DNA of 64,000 nucleotides from Gammaproteobacteria bacterium (GTDB lineage: Bacteria > Pseudomonadota > Gammaproteobacteria > JAJFKG01): NCBI GenBank assembly GCA_965116795.1, contig OZ220716.1:394503-458502 (forward strand). Direction: 5' to 3'. Position numbers and translations under genes: made by a program. Under the pieces are notes generated by a model, which was given only the letters and a program-made list of their open reading frames with translations, made no database searches and was not told where the DNA came from. Below, in pieces: positions 48,226-59,021 of this stretch (its first letter is position 1; each line of letters begins with the position of its first letter).

Positions 48226-50709
48226 ATGTTAGCAGCACAATACCAACCACACGATCTTGAAACACACATCCAAGCACATTGGGACGAGCAACAAACTTTT
48301 CGTGTCAAAGAAGATTTAAGTCAAGAAAAATTTTATTGTCTGAGTATGTTTCCCTACCCCAGTGGTCAATTGCACATGGGACACGTACGTAACTATACCA
48401 TCGGTGATGTGATCACCCGTTATCAACGCATGTGTGGTAAAAATGTATTGCAACCGATCGGCTGGGACGCCTTTGGCTTACCGGCAGAAAATGCAGCAAT
48501 TAAACATAAAACCCACCCAGCCACGTGGACACGTGACAATATTAATCATATGCGCACCCAATTTAAACGACTAGGCTTTGCATATGATTGGTCACGTGAA
48601 TTAGCAACCTGCGATCCGAGCTATTACCACTGGGAGCAATGGTTTTTTTTACAGTTATATGAAAAAGGGTTAGTTTACCGTAAAGAATCTGAAGTCAATT
48701 GGGATCCGGTTGATAATACTGTATTAGCCAATGAACAAGTGATCGATGGTCGTGGTTGGCGCTCTGGTGCCGTGGTTGAACGCCGTAAGATCAAACAATG
48801 GTTTTTAAAAATTACCGATTATGCTGATGAGCTATTAACAGACTTAGATAAGTTAACAGACTGGCCTGATCGCGTACGCACGATGCAACAACATTGGATC
48901 GGACGTTCTGAAGGAACAGCTATTACCTTTGCTGTTGAACAATACGATACACCACTGCAAATCTTTACCACCCGCGTTGATACCTTACCGGGTTGTACCT
49001 ATATTGCGATTGCCGCACAACATCCACTTGCACAACACGTCGCTGTACAATCAACCGACATCAAACACTTTATCGATAAATGCCAGCAAACCCAAGTTGC
49101 TGAAGCTGCCATTGCCACCTTGGAAAAACAAGGGGTCAATACTGGGTTATATGCAATACACCCATTAACCCATGAGCTGTTACCGATTTGGATTGCTAAC
49201 TTTGTATTAATGGAATACGGTACAGGTGCGGTTATGTCAGTACCAGCACATGATCAACGTGATTTTGAATTTGCTAAACACTATCAATTGCCAATTAAAC
49301 AGGTTATCTCACCATGTGCTGATGATAAGACCACGTATGATAGTAACACTGCTGCGTTTACTGCAGATGGCGTGTTAATCAATGCTGGTGAATTCGATGG
49401 CTTAGCATCACAACAAGCCAGAACCGTGATTAGCAATCACTTAACTGAACAAGGACTCGGTAACGCAACCATACACTATCGTTTGCGCGATTGGGGTGTA
49501 TCACGACAACGTTATTGGGGTACCCCTATTCCGATTATTTATTGTAAAAAATGCGGCACCGTACCTGTACCTACTGACGCATTGCCGGTTATATTGCCCG
49601 AAGATATTACCTTTACTGATAGTGGATCACCGTTAAAAACCGATCCTCGCTTTTATCAAACGACATGCCCACAGTGTAAACGGGCTGCCAAACGTGAAAC
49701 TGATACTTTTGACACGTTTATGGAATCATCGTGGTATTACGCGCGTTTTGCGTGCAAAGGCTTAGATACAGCGATGTTAGATAACCGCGTTAATTACTGG
49801 GCACCTGTCGATCAATATGTTGGTGGGATTGAACATGCAGTAATGCACCTATTATATGCGCGGTTCTTTCACAAAGTATTGCGTGACATGGGGTTATTAA
49901 ACTCAGATGAACCGTTTAAACGATTATTGACTCAAGGCATGGTGTTAAAAGACGGCGCTAAAATGTCTAAATCAAAAGGCAATATCGTTGATCCACAGGA
50001 GTTAATCGAACAATATGGTGCAGATACTGTGCGCTTATTTTCAATGTTTGCTGCACCTCCGGAACAATCATTAGAATGGTTAGACAGTGGTGTCGAAGGT
50101 GCTTATCGATTTTTACGTAAGGTGTGGCAATTTGCTTATCAACATCATGCCTTGATCACAACTGTTAATCAAACACAAAATACAATAGATTGGTCAACTG
50201 CAACACCTGAACAACAGAGTACACGCTGTGAAATACACCGTATTCTTAAACAAGCACGCTATGACATCGAGCGCTTGCAATTGAATACTGTGATTTCGGC
50301 TGCAATGAAAATATTAAATGTATTAATTCAATTAGCTGACAACACCGATACACCAACGTATTCGCACTTAGTACAAGACAGTTTTAGTATTTTATTGCGT
50401 TTATTAGCGCCGATTACGCCGCACATTACTCAAGCATTGTGGCAAACATTGGAGTATGGCGATGATATTAGTCATGCACGCTGGCCAAAACCAGCAGCTG
50501 ATGCATTAAAAACGAATACGGCTACATTAATGGTGCAAGTCAATGGTAAATTACGCGGTAAAATTCAAGTATCTGTTGATGCAGATGATGACAATATTAC
50601 TACTCAAGCAAAGCAACAAATTAATGTTGCTAAATTTATTGCTGACAAACCGTGTAAAAAAGTGATTATTGTGCCTGGAAAATTAGTTAATATTGTTGTA
50701 GGAAGTTAA
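48226..50709 (+). CDS. leuS: Leucine--tRNA ligase
   Basis: MFPYPSG.LHMGH, GWDAFGLPAENAA, KMSKS. Confidence 0.98.
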   Translation: MLAAQYQPHDLETHIQAHWDEQQTFRVKEDLSQEKFYCLSMFPYPSGQLHMGHVRNYTIGDVITRYQRMCGKNVLQPIGWDAFGLPAENAAIKHKTHPATWTRDNINHMRTQFKRLGFAYDWSRELATCDPSYYHWEQWFFLQLYEKGLVYRKESEVNWDPVDNTVLANEQVIDGRGWRSGAVVERRKIKQWFLKITDYADELLTDLDKLTDWPDRVRTMQQHWIGRSEGTAITFAVEQYDTPLQIFTTRVDTLPGCTYIAIAAQHPLAQHVAVQSTDIKHFIDKCQQTQVAEAAIATLEKQGVNTGLYAIHPLTHELLPIWIANFVLMEYGTGAVMSVPAHDQRDFEFAKHYQLPIKQVISPCADDKTTYDSNTAAFTADGVLINAGEFDGLASQQARTVISNHLTEQGLGNATIHYRLRDWGVSRQRYWGTPIPIIYCKKCGTVPVPTDALPVILPEDITFTDSGSPLKTDPRFYQTTCPQCKRAAKRETDTFDTFMESSWYYARFACKGLDTAMLDNRVNYWAPVDQYVGGIEHAVMHLLYARFFHKVLRDMGLLNSDEPFKRLLTQGMVLKDGAKMSKSKGNIVDPQELIEQYGADTVRLFSMFAAPPEQSLEWLDSGVEGAYRFLRKVWQFAYQHHALITTVNQTQNTIDWSTATPEQQSTRCEIHRILKQARYDIERLQLNTVISAAMKILNVLIQLADNTDTPTYSHLVQDSFSILLRLLAPITPHITQALWQTLEYGDDISHARWPKPAADALKTNTATLMVQVNGKLRGKIQVSVDADDDNITTQAKQQINVAKFIADKPCKKVIIVPGKLVNIVVGS

Positions 50710-50712
50710 TAC

Positions 50713-51267
50713 ATGCAATACATTATTCGCACTCGTTTATTACTGTTAACGTTTCTATTATTGTGTGGATTAACTGGATGTAGTTTTCATTTGGCTGGCA
50801 CTGGTAATGTGAATCTGCCATTTTCATCGGTTATCTTAAACACAGCACAACCTTATAGCGCATTCAGCAAACAGTTAAAACGATCGTTACGGGTTGCTAA
50901 AGTAAATATTGTTGAACACCCTACCCCTAACACGGTTATCTTAGTGATCATATCTGATCAAAACACTGTTCGTGAATTCAGCACAAGTGGTAACGGACAA
51001 AATAGACAAAAAATAATACGCAAGACAGTTCACTATCAATTACAAACAGCTGATCAACATAATATTGGTGGTGAACGCACTGTCACTGCACAACGCATGT
51101 TTACACAAAGCCAAGATCAAATGTTAGGGAGTGATAATGATGAAACTCGCCTGGGTAACCAAATTGCTCAAGCCTGTGCACACCAATTATTGTTACAATT
51201 GCAGGCAGAAGATGTGACAACCGCACTGTCTGAATACGAAGCTAAACACAGTAACAAGAAAAATTGA
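50713..51267 (+). CDS. lptE: LPS assembly lipoprotein LptE
   Basis: Lipobox LTGC-SFHL; position between leuS and holA. Confidence 0.85.
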   Translation: MQYIIRTRLLLLTFLLLCGLTGCSFHLAGTGNVNLPFSSVILNTAQPYSAFSKQLKRSLRVAKVNIVEHPTPNTVILVIISDQNTVREFSTSGNGQNRQKIIRKTVHYQLQTADQHNIGGERTVTAQRMFTQSQDQMLGSDNDETRLGNQIAQACAHQLLLQLQAEDVTTALSEYEAKHSNKKN

Positions 51268-51271
51268 AATC

Positions 51272-52294
51272 ATGCGCATCACAACAGCTCAACTTCCTCG
51301 ACAGATTAAAAACACATTAGCATGTGTGTATTTACTCAGTGATGATGAACCATTACAGCTACAAGAAGCCCATGCATTATTAGTCAAAGCTGCTCGCGAT
51401 CAAGGCATCAATACACGTCAACGTTTTGATGTTACCCCTGGTTTTAATTGGGCGACATTAACAACCTCTACCCAAAACATGTCATTGTTTGCTGATAAAC
51501 AACTTATTGATCTTGTTATTGCTAATGGTAAGCCGGGTACAGCTGGCAGCCAATTTCTATGTGAATATACTAAGAATCCAGCAGCAGATACTATATTACT
51601 AATACGTACTGGTAAACTAGATGCAGCTACGTTGCGTAGTAAATGGGTACAAGCTATCGATGAGCATGGGGTTATTATTCAAGCTTGGCCAATACCACGA
51701 GATAAAATACCACAATGGTTAACAAAACGCTTACAACACGTTAATCTGCATACCGATCGCAGTGGCTTGCAATTACTGACTGATTATATTGAAGGGAATT
51801 TATTAGCAGGAGCGCAAGCAATTGAAAAACTACAATTACTGCATGAACAAGGTTTTATTAGTCCAGAACACATTGCAAATGCAATTAATGACAGCGCACA
51901 ATATGATGTATTTGCCTTGACTGATGCGTGTCTGCAAGGTGATTTAACCCGTAGTTTACATATACTCGCTAGCTTACGTGAAGAAGGTAATGCACCAACA
52001 CTAGTATTATGGGCACTTGCCCGTGAGATACGTGCATTGTCAACAATGGCATTTGAATTACGCAATACACCATTGCCACAAGTATTGCAGAATGCACGTG
52101 TTTGGCAGAAACGTAAAGCGATCACTACAACTGCGCTAGAACGATTGACGATATCACAACTTCATTGCTTACTTGAATATGCTAAAGACATTGATTGCAG
52201 CACAAAAGGAATGGGTACGGGTAATCCGTGGGATCAGTTAGGTCAATTATGTATTCAGCTTGCTAAGCCAACTTCTATTCCTAATTTAACCTAA
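51272..52294 (+). CDS. holA: DNA polymerase III delta subunit
   Basis: YLL..DEPL, SLFA, EGNLL...Q..EKL, LW.L.RE; synteny. Confidence 0.93.
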   Translation: MRITTAQLPRQIKNTLACVYLLSDDEPLQLQEAHALLVKAARDQGINTRQRFDVTPGFNWATLTTSTQNMSLFADKQLIDLVIANGKPGTAGSQFLCEYTKNPAADTILLIRTGKLDAATLRSKWVQAIDEHGVIIQAWPIPRDKIPQWLTKRLQHVNLHTDRSGLQLLTDYIEGNLLAGAQAIEKLQLLHEQGFISPEHIANAINDSAQYDVFALTDACLQGDLTRSLHILASLREEGNAPTLVLWALAREIRALSTMAFELRNTPLPQVLQNARVWQKRKAITTTALERLTISQLHCLLEYAKDIDCSTKGMGTGNPWDQLGQLCIQLAKPTSIPNLT

Positions 52295-52467
52295 AATCCG
52301 CAGTTGAATTGACGACGAGAAGGATTAGTGTGTAGAAGATCAAGTTGATTTTTAGGATTTTGGGCGCAGTCGTACTCACCGTACGGGTGAGTACAAAAAT
52401 TATAAAAATCAACTTGAGATTCTATGCAATAAGCCTTCGCAGCCCAATTCAACTGTGGATTTTAGGT
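52289..52467. mobile_element. MITE family A, 179 bp, TTA target duplication; supplies the holA stop codon
   Basis: ACCTAAAATCCGCAGTTGAATTG / CAATTCAACTGTGGATTTTAGGT; TTA at 52286-52288 and 52468-52470. Confidence 0.8.
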
Positions 52468-52500
52468 TTAAATACATCTGACATATAAACGTAATTGGTT

Positions 52501-52977
52501 CTATTCTTTGAATTCCTGAATAATCTTATTCAATAGCCCACGTGAACCATCAGTAACGATATCCAATACATGCTCAAAACACGCAGCATCTTCGTAATAC
52601 GGATCAGGCACCTCAATTTCATCACATTCAATGCTAAAATCACTCATCATATAAACTTTACGATGGTGTTCTGGTTTCTGACTCATGGCTAAAATAGTTT
52701 GATAATTATCATTGTCCATTGCAATAATATAATCAAAGGTATCAAAATCTTTCTTAATAAACTGACGAGCACGACCGACCAACTTAATATTACGTGCAGC
52801 TGCATGGCGACGCATCCTTGGATCAGCCTTTTCACCAATGTTGTAATCACTTGTTGCAGCAGAATCAACAATCACTTGCTTTTCCAAACCTGCTTCTTTA
52901 AGCAGCTGTAAAAATACACCTTCTGCTGCCGGGCTACGGCAAATATTACCAAGACAAATAAATAAAATCTGTATCAT
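52501..52977 (-). CDS. Low-molecular-weight protein-tyrosine phosphatase
   Basis: FICLGNICRSP, VPDPYY. Confidence 0.95.
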   Translation of the reverse strand: MIQILFICLGNICRSPAAEGVFLQLLKEAGLEKQVIVDSAATSDYNIGEKADPRMRRHAAARNIKLVGRARQFIKKDFDTFDYIIAMDNDNYQTILAMSQKPEHHRKVYMMSDFSIECDEIEVPDPYYEDAACFEHVLDIVTDGSRGLLNKIIQEFKE

Positions 52978-53022
52978 GGTTTTATTTCTCTTTATATCAA
53001 TTTTAAAAAAATTATGGGTAAT

Positions 53023-55149
53023 TTATCGCTTGCGAATAATCCGCGTCACCGCTGCGATCGTACGCACTCTACGCATTACATAGGCAAGATGTTTACGATC
53101 AGTCACTAATAATGTTAATTGAAGACAACAAAAATGTTCATCTTGTTCTTTAACATGAATATCCGCAATATTTGATTGTGCTTCGGCAATGCTGTGCGCC
53201 AATGCAGCTAACACGCCGCGTTGATTTTCAGCATAAACGAATACATCCACTTTATATTCTGCTTTAATATTATTTTCCCAAATTAAATGAATCAATCCTT
53301 CACGTTGTAGTTGCTCCAATTCAACTTGCGGGCACTGTTCAGTATGCACTACCATACCTTTGCCAGTGGTTAACATACCAACGATGGGATCACCTGGAAT
53401 AGGGCGACAACAAGCAGCAAAACGCAGAACCATCCCTTCACTGCCTTTAATAGGTAATGGTTGGGTATCATTGGCAATTAATGTTGGTGTTTGTGTTTCA
53501 TCAAATAATGCAAGCCGTCTGGCAACCACTAACGGCATTTGGTTACCAAGGCCAATATTTTCAAATAACTCATTAGGATCACGGTAATGGGATTCCTGAA
53601 CAATCACATCTAATGTATCTGTTGGAATATCATCAATGGTCAGTGACATTGTTGCTAATGCTTTTTCTAGTAACCGTTTACCTAAACTAACTGATTCAGT
53701 AACACGTTGTGTTTTGAGAAAATGACGGATATTACTGCGCGCTTTGCCCGTCACTACAAAATTCAACCATGCCGGATTCGGCCTTGCTGCAATTGCAGTG
53801 ACAATGTCAACTGTTACACCATTAGACAATACCGAACTCAATGGTGCTAAACGTCGATTGATTTTAGCAGCCACACAACCATTTCCAATATCTGAATGAA
53901 CTGCGTAAGCAAAATCAACCGCTGTCGATCCGGTAGGTAGTTTTTTAATATCACCTTTAGGTGTAAACACATACACTTCATCTGGAAATAAATCAATTTT
54001 GACATTTTCAATAAATTCAAGCGAGCTACCCGTGCTTTTTTGCATTTCTAATAAACCACGCAACCATTCACGTGTACGTAATTGCGCCTCATTATCAGCT
54101 GATTCATCTGATTTATACAGCCAATGTGCCGCAATACCATTTTCTGCAATAAAATTCATTTCACTGCTACGTATTTGAATCTCAATCGGCACACTATAGG
54201 GACCGAATAATATTGTATGTAATGATTGATAACCATTTGACTTTGGAATAGCAATATAATCTTTGAAGCGCTCAGGAACAGGTTTATACAGATTATGTAC
54301 TGCCCCTAACACGCGATAACACGTATCCATATCATCGACAACAATGCGAAACGCATAGACATCCATAACTTCCGTAAATGTTAAATGCTTATCACGCATT
54401 TTTTTATAAATGCTGTAAATATGCTTTTCACGCCCATAGATCGATTTGGCAGATAAATGACGTTGTTTTAATGCAGCATACAACGCACTCTCAATGACTT
54501 TGATAATTTGTTTGCGATTACCACGTGCTTTATCAACTGCAGCAGATAAAATTCGATATCGATTGGGATACAAAGTAGAAAAACCTAATTCTTGTAATTC
54601 GGTTGCCATCGCATGCATTCCTAAACGATTAGCAATTGGTGCATAAATTTCTAATGTCTCGGTTGCAATGCGCTTGCGTTTTTCTACTGGCACAACCCCT
54701 AATGTACGCATATTATGTAGTCTGTCAGCAAGCTTGATCAAAATAACACGAATATCTTTGACCATAGCCAATACCATTTTACGGAAGTTTTCTGCTTGCG
54801 CTTCTGCGCGTGATTCAAAGGTAATCTGAGTCAGTTTCGTTACACCATCCACTAATTCAGCAACCTGTTTACCAAATTTTTCTGTTAAGATAGCTTTGCT
54901 AATACCCGTATCTTCAATCACATCATGTAAAATAGCTGCCATAATGCTTTCGATGTCTAGATGCATACCAGCAAGAATGGTGGCAACAGCAATGGGGTGG
55001 GTAATATACGGATCACCACTGTGACGTTTTTGTCCAATATGCGCCTGCGCACTAAATAGAAAAGCGGAATAGACTTGCTGGATTTGGTCCTTATCCAAAT
55101 AATCTGCTAACGCATTGCGTAACTGTTTAAAAATGCGGCTATTGGTCAA
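53023..55149 (-). CDS. spoT: Bifunctional (p)ppGpp synthase/hydrolase
   Basis: HD hydrolase LHDVIEDT, KLADRLHNMRTL, RFKD, TGS and ACT domains; follows rpoZ. Confidence 0.96.
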   Translation of the reverse strand: MTNSRIFKQLRNALADYLDKDQIQQVYSAFLFSAQAHIGQKRHSGDPYITHPIAVATILAGMHLDIESIMAAILHDVIEDTGISKAILTEKFGKQVAELVDGVTKLTQITFESRAEAQAENFRKMVLAMVKDIRVILIKLADRLHNMRTLGVVPVEKRKRIATETLEIYAPIANRLGMHAMATELQELGFSTLYPNRYRILSAAVDKARGNRKQIIKVIESALYAALKQRHLSAKSIYGREKHIYSIYKKMRDKHLTFTEVMDVYAFRIVVDDMDTCYRVLGAVHNLYKPVPERFKDYIAIPKSNGYQSLHTILFGPYSVPIEIQIRSSEMNFIAENGIAAHWLYKSDESADNEAQLRTREWLRGLLEMQKSTGSSLEFIENVKIDLFPDEVYVFTPKGDIKKLPTGSTAVDFAYAVHSDIGNGCVAAKINRRLAPLSSVLSNGVTVDIVTAIAARPNPAWLNFVVTGKARSNIRHFLKTQRVTESVSLGKRLLEKALATMSLTIDDIPTDTLDVIVQESHYRDPNELFENIGLGNQMPLVVARRLALFDETQTPTLIANDTQPLPIKGSEGMVLRFAACCRPIPGDPIVGMLTTGKGMVVHTEQCPQVELEQLQREGLIHLIWENNIKAEYKVDVFVYAENQRGVLAALAHSIAEAQSNIADIHVKEQDEHFCCLQLTLLVTDRKHLAYVMRRVRTIAAVTRIIRKR

Positions 55150-55235
55150 TGCGGATAAATCCTATGTGACTAAGTCATGACCACATTATACCGATTTATT
55201 TCACTATTGATAATGCAGGAAAAAGGTAGCTGCTT

Positions 55236-55358
55236 AGGCAGTATTAAGGAAAAAGAATAACGACTCAACCGATCTCTATTTTACTGAAAAACGTCAGCTT
55301 TGAGTGGAGGTTGGCAGAAAACATCCGCCAAAGATGGCATTTTCCTTAATAGAGTCTG
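55236..55358. repeat. Palindromic intergenic repeat, family B (shortened, inverted)
   Basis: AAAAACGTCAGCTTTGAGTGG and ATCCGCCAAAGATGGC.TTTTCCTTAATAG are reverse complements of the arms at 20148-20295. Confidence 0.7.
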
Positions 55359-55375
55359 AGTAGCTCGAAAAAAGA

Positions 55376-55933
55376 TTATTCGTCGTCTTTCTTAGTAAAC
55401 ACGATTGAATCATCAACTGTTGGATCAATAGGCTGTTCATTATTGGAGCCAGCATCTACAGGTGTCGTATCTTGATTAGGCTCTGACACCTCAACTGGCG
55501 CTGTACCATTAGCGACTTGTTCAAACAATGAAGGCTCGGATCGTAATGTGTAACGTGGTGGTTCGGATTCTTCTGATGACACTGTCTTGGCAATTGTCAC
55601 TATATCCTGTGTTTTTTCCAGTGATGCTGGTGTCGAAGAGATAGGTATCCGTGTAGTAGATGATGTTGTACCGGCAATAAACTCATCCGACACACCCACT
55701 TCAGCAGCCTGGGATGCCTGTTCGCGTGCCCGCTCCATTTCATCCAAGCGTTTAGGATCAACGGTACCGGCTTCAATTTCACGTAATGAGATCACGGCTG
55801 GTTTATGATTATCTAGGGGAACTGTGGCTTCAAACCCATTCATTAACTGGCGCGCACGTTGCGTCGCTGCCAATACTAACTCGAAGCGATTTTCAACATG
55901 CTCAAGACAACCTTCAACCGTAATACGTGCCAC
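55376..55933 (-). CDS. rpoZ: RNA polymerase omega subunit with long acidic C-terminal extension
   Basis: [24 protein letters not shown]...KP.V..LREI; gmk-rpoZ-spoT synteny. Confidence 0.93.
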   Translation of the reverse strand: MARITVEGCLEHVENRFELVLAATQRARQLMNGFEATVPLDNHKPAVISLREIEAGTVDPKRLDEMERAREQASQAAEVGVSDEFIAGTTSSTTRIPISSTPASLEKTQDIVTIAKTVSSEESEPPRYTLRSEPSLFEQVANGTAPVEVSEPNQDTTPVDAGSNNEQPIDPTVDDSIVFTKKDDE

Positions 55934-55988
55934 GATGTATTTCTCCCCAGTGGTAATAAAAGCCTGGCATTGTACCGTTATTTTCAGC

Positions 55989-56615
55989 TCAAGCCAATAA
56001 AGCTTGTAGCAATTCCGCTTCAGCAGCTGATTGACGCGATATGGTCAATCTTTGAGCTTCCACAATGGCGCGTAATTGGGCTACAGCAACATCAAATGTT
56101 TGATTCACCATTAAATAATCAAATTCTGCATAATGTGACATTTCATCAGTCGCCACCTGTAAACGTTGATTAATCACTGTATCGCTATCTTGTTGACGTT
56201 GTTGCAGACGAGTCGCCAATGCATCACGCGATGGCGGCAAAATGAAAATGCCAACGGCACTTGGGTGTAATCGACGCACTTGCTGGGCACCTTGCCAATC
56301 AATCTCAACAATAACATCCATACCCGATGCTAGGGTATCCTTCACCCATTTATGCAATGTGCCATAGTAATAATGTTGATTAAATACATTAGCATATTCT
56401 AAAAACTCACCACGTTCGATCATTTGTAAGAACGTTGCTTCATCGACAAAATGATAATTAACCCCATCTTTTTCTTGTGATCGCTGTGGACGAGTTGTAT
56501 ATGACACTGACACTGTCAACCGTGGCACTTGCTTAACTAATTCAGCCACCAATGTTGTTTTACCTGCACCAGATGGTGCAGCAATAATAAAGAGTGTTCC
56601 CGTTTGTTTTGCCAT
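55989..56615 (-). CDS. gmk: Guanylate kinase
   Basis: [33 protein letters not shown]. Confidence 0.97.
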   Translation of the reverse strand: MAKQTGTLFIIAAPSGAGKTTLVAELVKQVPRLTVSVSYTTRPQRSQEKDGVNYHFVDEATFLQMIERGEFLEYANVFNQHYYYGTLHKWVKDTLASGMDVIVEIDWQGAQQVRRLHPSAVGIFILPPSRDALATRLQQRQQDSDTVINQRLQVATDEMSHYAEFDYLMVNQTFDVAVAQLRAIVEAQRLTISRQSAAEAELLQALLA

Positions 56616-56642
56616 CAGTGTAGGTAGCCTTTATGTTGATAA

Positions 56643-57509
56643 CTATGCAATATTTTGCACTTGTTCGCGCATTTGTTCAATCCATACTTTTATATCAACT
56701 GCTGCACGAGTAATCACGGTATCTATTGCTTTGGATGCTAATGTATTTGCTTCACGATTTAATTCTTGCATGAGAAAATCAAGTTTACGGCCCAGTGACC
56801 CACCTTGTTTTAATAAACGTCGTACTTCTTTGACATGTGTTTGCAGGCGATCAATCTCTTCAGCAACATCAGCTTTTTGCGCTAATAATACCATTTCTTG
56901 TTCAAGACGATTTGAATCACAGTCTATTGCCAAATCATTTAGACGCTGGATTAATCTATCACGTATTTTTTGTAAGCATGCTGGTAATTGTGGTATGAGC
57001 TCAGCAATTTTATCTTGTATGTTATCTAAACGGGTTAATACGGCTTCCATCAATGCCTGACCTTCACGGGCACGCATTTCAACCACATCATCTAACGTTT
57101 GCGTTAATCCATCAAAGATGGGTGTTTTTAATGAAGTAATGTCTAAACTACTTGCCTGCAATACATCAGGCCAGCGTAAAAAATCGGTTGCCTTTAATAC
57201 TGCACTGGCTTGCATACGGGTTTCTATTAAGTGACACGCATTAATTAATTGATCAACTAACGTTGTATTGACAGTTAATGTTTGTTGCAAATTAGCGCCT
57301 GGTGAAAACTGCAACTGACAATCCACTTTACCGCGATGCAAACGAGCACTAATCACTTCACGTATCGATGGCTCCCACTCACGAAAATGTTCTGGCAACC
57401 GTATGTGCATATCTAAATATCGATGGTTAACTGTACGCATTTCCCAAACAACGTGCCCACATTCCTGTTGAAAACTGGCACGGGCAAATGCTGTCATACT
57501 ATAAATCAT
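56643..57509 (-). CDS. yicC: YicC-family endoribonuclease
   Basis: SMTAFAR, VNHRYLD, EEIDRL..H, GRKLDFLMQELNREANT. Confidence 0.95.
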   Translation of the reverse strand: MIYSMTAFARASFQQECGHVVWEMRTVNHRYLDMHIRLPEHFREWEPSIREVISARLHRGKVDCQLQFSPGANLQQTLTVNTTLVDQLINACHLIETRMQASAVLKATDFLRWPDVLQASSLDITSLKTPIFDGLTQTLDDVVEMRAREGQALMEAVLTRLDNIQDKIAELIPQLPACLQKIRDRLIQRLNDLAIDCDSNRLEQEMVLLAQKADVAEEIDRLQTHVKEVRRLLKQGGSLGRKLDFLMQELNREANTLASKAIDTVITRAAVDIKVWIEQMREQVQNIA

Positions 57510-57651
57510 GAAGTAACCTGCTTAATCATATGTGCGTGTGATTATAACGATAACTATATAGCTTGTCTTCCTAAAATTATTGGAATATAGATAAAACTCT
57601 ATAGTAAAAGAATCATGTAGAGATAATTTTGCAATACCTCTTGCATAGGGA

Positions 57652-58530
57652 TCACAAATATTCAGTTGCACGTGTACAGAATGCTAAAAATGATACCCAT
57701 TCTTGAACATCAACTGCAAATGAAGCATGTGCTGTATCATAAAAATGATAGTAATAAGTGTGTTTGCTGTAAATAACGTTTACTTGCTCATTTGACCAAG
57801 CTGGAGGAATCTGATCAATTGCTATTTTCAAGTAGAATGGTCTAGCCTGTGCATCAAGTAGCAAATAGCTTCCTTGTTGATCTGTTAAGTAAAATTCTAC
57901 TATGTTTTTATCAAAACAAAGTGTCTGGAAAAAATCAACAAACGCGATGTCACTTAAGTAAGGCAATTGTGTCTGCAATCGCCGCACAATAGGTAACGAT
58001 GACTGCTGAAAATAATTATAAGCTAGTGTGGTAATCGCTGTTGTTAACTTTATGTAAGTAGTAGGTGATGCATCTTTTATAACATATCCATCAATGACAC
58101 CGTTGCTTAATGCCTGTTTAGCATCGCTTAATTCATTGGGTGTAATTAATAATAATTTTTTGTAGGTTGTTTGCCCGATTTGTTGGCAAAATTCGATTGC
58201 AGAATCAGGCATTATCATTGTATCGATCACGATAACAGGGATTTCCTCAAAGCGATGAGATGATGCTAATTCTGTTAACAATGAGGTCGCCAGCCCATCT
58301 GTTTGTTCTGCTTTATTGTTAACAACATTTTTTTCTAGCCAAGTTTGCTGTCCTACATAAGGCACATAACTGCTTTGTAGAAATTGCATTGCTTGCGTTG
58401 GTTCATCAAAAAGATGATAAAAAAACTGTGGCAGCAATTTATTGCGTAAATTGATCAGATCACGGTACTTTTCACCGATCAATAGTACTGTTCCAGCAAC
58501 ATAACATGTTGGCAGCACATAATTTGTCAT
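57652..58530 (-). CDS. LqsR-like response regulator, degenerate receiver
   Basis: LPTCY.., F.EP..A..F, RFEEI.V.VID, KKLLLI, G.IDGY..K, YFQ..S..IVR.L, F..FF, IVEFYL.D..GSYLLLD all resemble Legionella LqsR as recalled; SD AAGGAG before ATG 58530. Confidence 0.75.
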   Translation of the reverse strand: MTNYVLPTCYVAGTVLLIGEKYRDLINLRNKLLPQFFYHLFDEPTQAMQFLQSSYVPYVGQQTWLEKNVVNNKAEQTDGLATSLLTELASSHRFEEIPVIVIDTMIMPDSAIEFCQQIGQTTYKKLLLITPNELSDAKQALSNGVIDGYVIKDASPTTYIKLTTAITTLAYNYFQQSSLPIVRRLQTQLPYLSDIAFVDFFQTLCFDKNIVEFYLTDQQGSYLLLDAQARPFYLKIAIDQIPPAWSNEQVNVIYSKHTYYYHFYDTAHASFAVDVQEWVSFLAFCTRATEYL

Positions 58531-58583
58531 GCAGACTCCTTTCCTTGGAAACAAAAGTAACTTAAACAATTCTCATATTGCAT
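58527..58583 (-). CDS. Putative 18-aa leader peptide coupled to the lqsR-like gene
   Basis: MQYENCLSYFCFQGKESA; its TGA overlaps the regulator ATG (ATGA). Confidence 0.3.
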   Translation of the reverse strand: MQYENCLSYFCFQGKESA

Positions 58584-58744
58584 AACTCGTGCGCTGGAGG
58601 ATTCTACGAATTTTCATTTTGAATGTCACGTGTTTTTTTAACGAAAAAAATTGGCTTTGACTGTAAAAAAACATGGCAAATATCTTACAAAACACAGTGA
58701 CTTTTACGACTATTTAAGTCAATTAACTTGCGTATAATGGTCAC

Positions 58745-58816
58745 CGTCAAATTGCATAACTCCTTGTATTTTGTGCCAGCGCGTATATGACTCCCCGTTT
58801 TATACGCGCTTTTTTT
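58745..58816 (+). ncRNA. Putative ~70-nt sRNA, copy 1
   Basis: TATAAT at 58733; anti-SD-like ACTCCTT; hairpin AGCGCGTATA/TATACGCGCT + T-run terminator. Confidence 0.5.
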
Positions 58817-58949
58817 ATATGGTAAGAAAAGGTTTCAGTATTGATCAAATGGGTAGTCATTGCTGCGTACAATACAAAGAGCTCATCACTCACAATAACT
58901 TAAGTCTTTTACTACTGTGCATGCTATGTAACTTGCTTATAATGGTCAC

Positions 58950-59021
58950 CGTCAAATTGCATAACTCCTTGTATTTTGTGCCAGCGCGTATATGACTCCC
59001 CGTTTTATACGCGCTTTTTTT
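58950..59021 (+). ncRNA. Putative ~70-nt sRNA, copy 2
   Basis: Identical to copy 1; TATAAT at 58938. Confidence 0.5.

Noticed and set aside
58690-58775. Minus-strand mini-ORF (MQFDGDHY...) after AAGGAG in each repeat, i.e. a type I toxin
   Set aside because: SD-ATG spacing is only 2 nt, the peptide is not hydrophobic, and promoter/terminator polarity favours a plus-strand RNA.
58771-58995. 74-aa ORF across the duplicated unit
   Set aside because: Starts inside one terminator hairpin region and ends in the other; no SD and no protein-like features.
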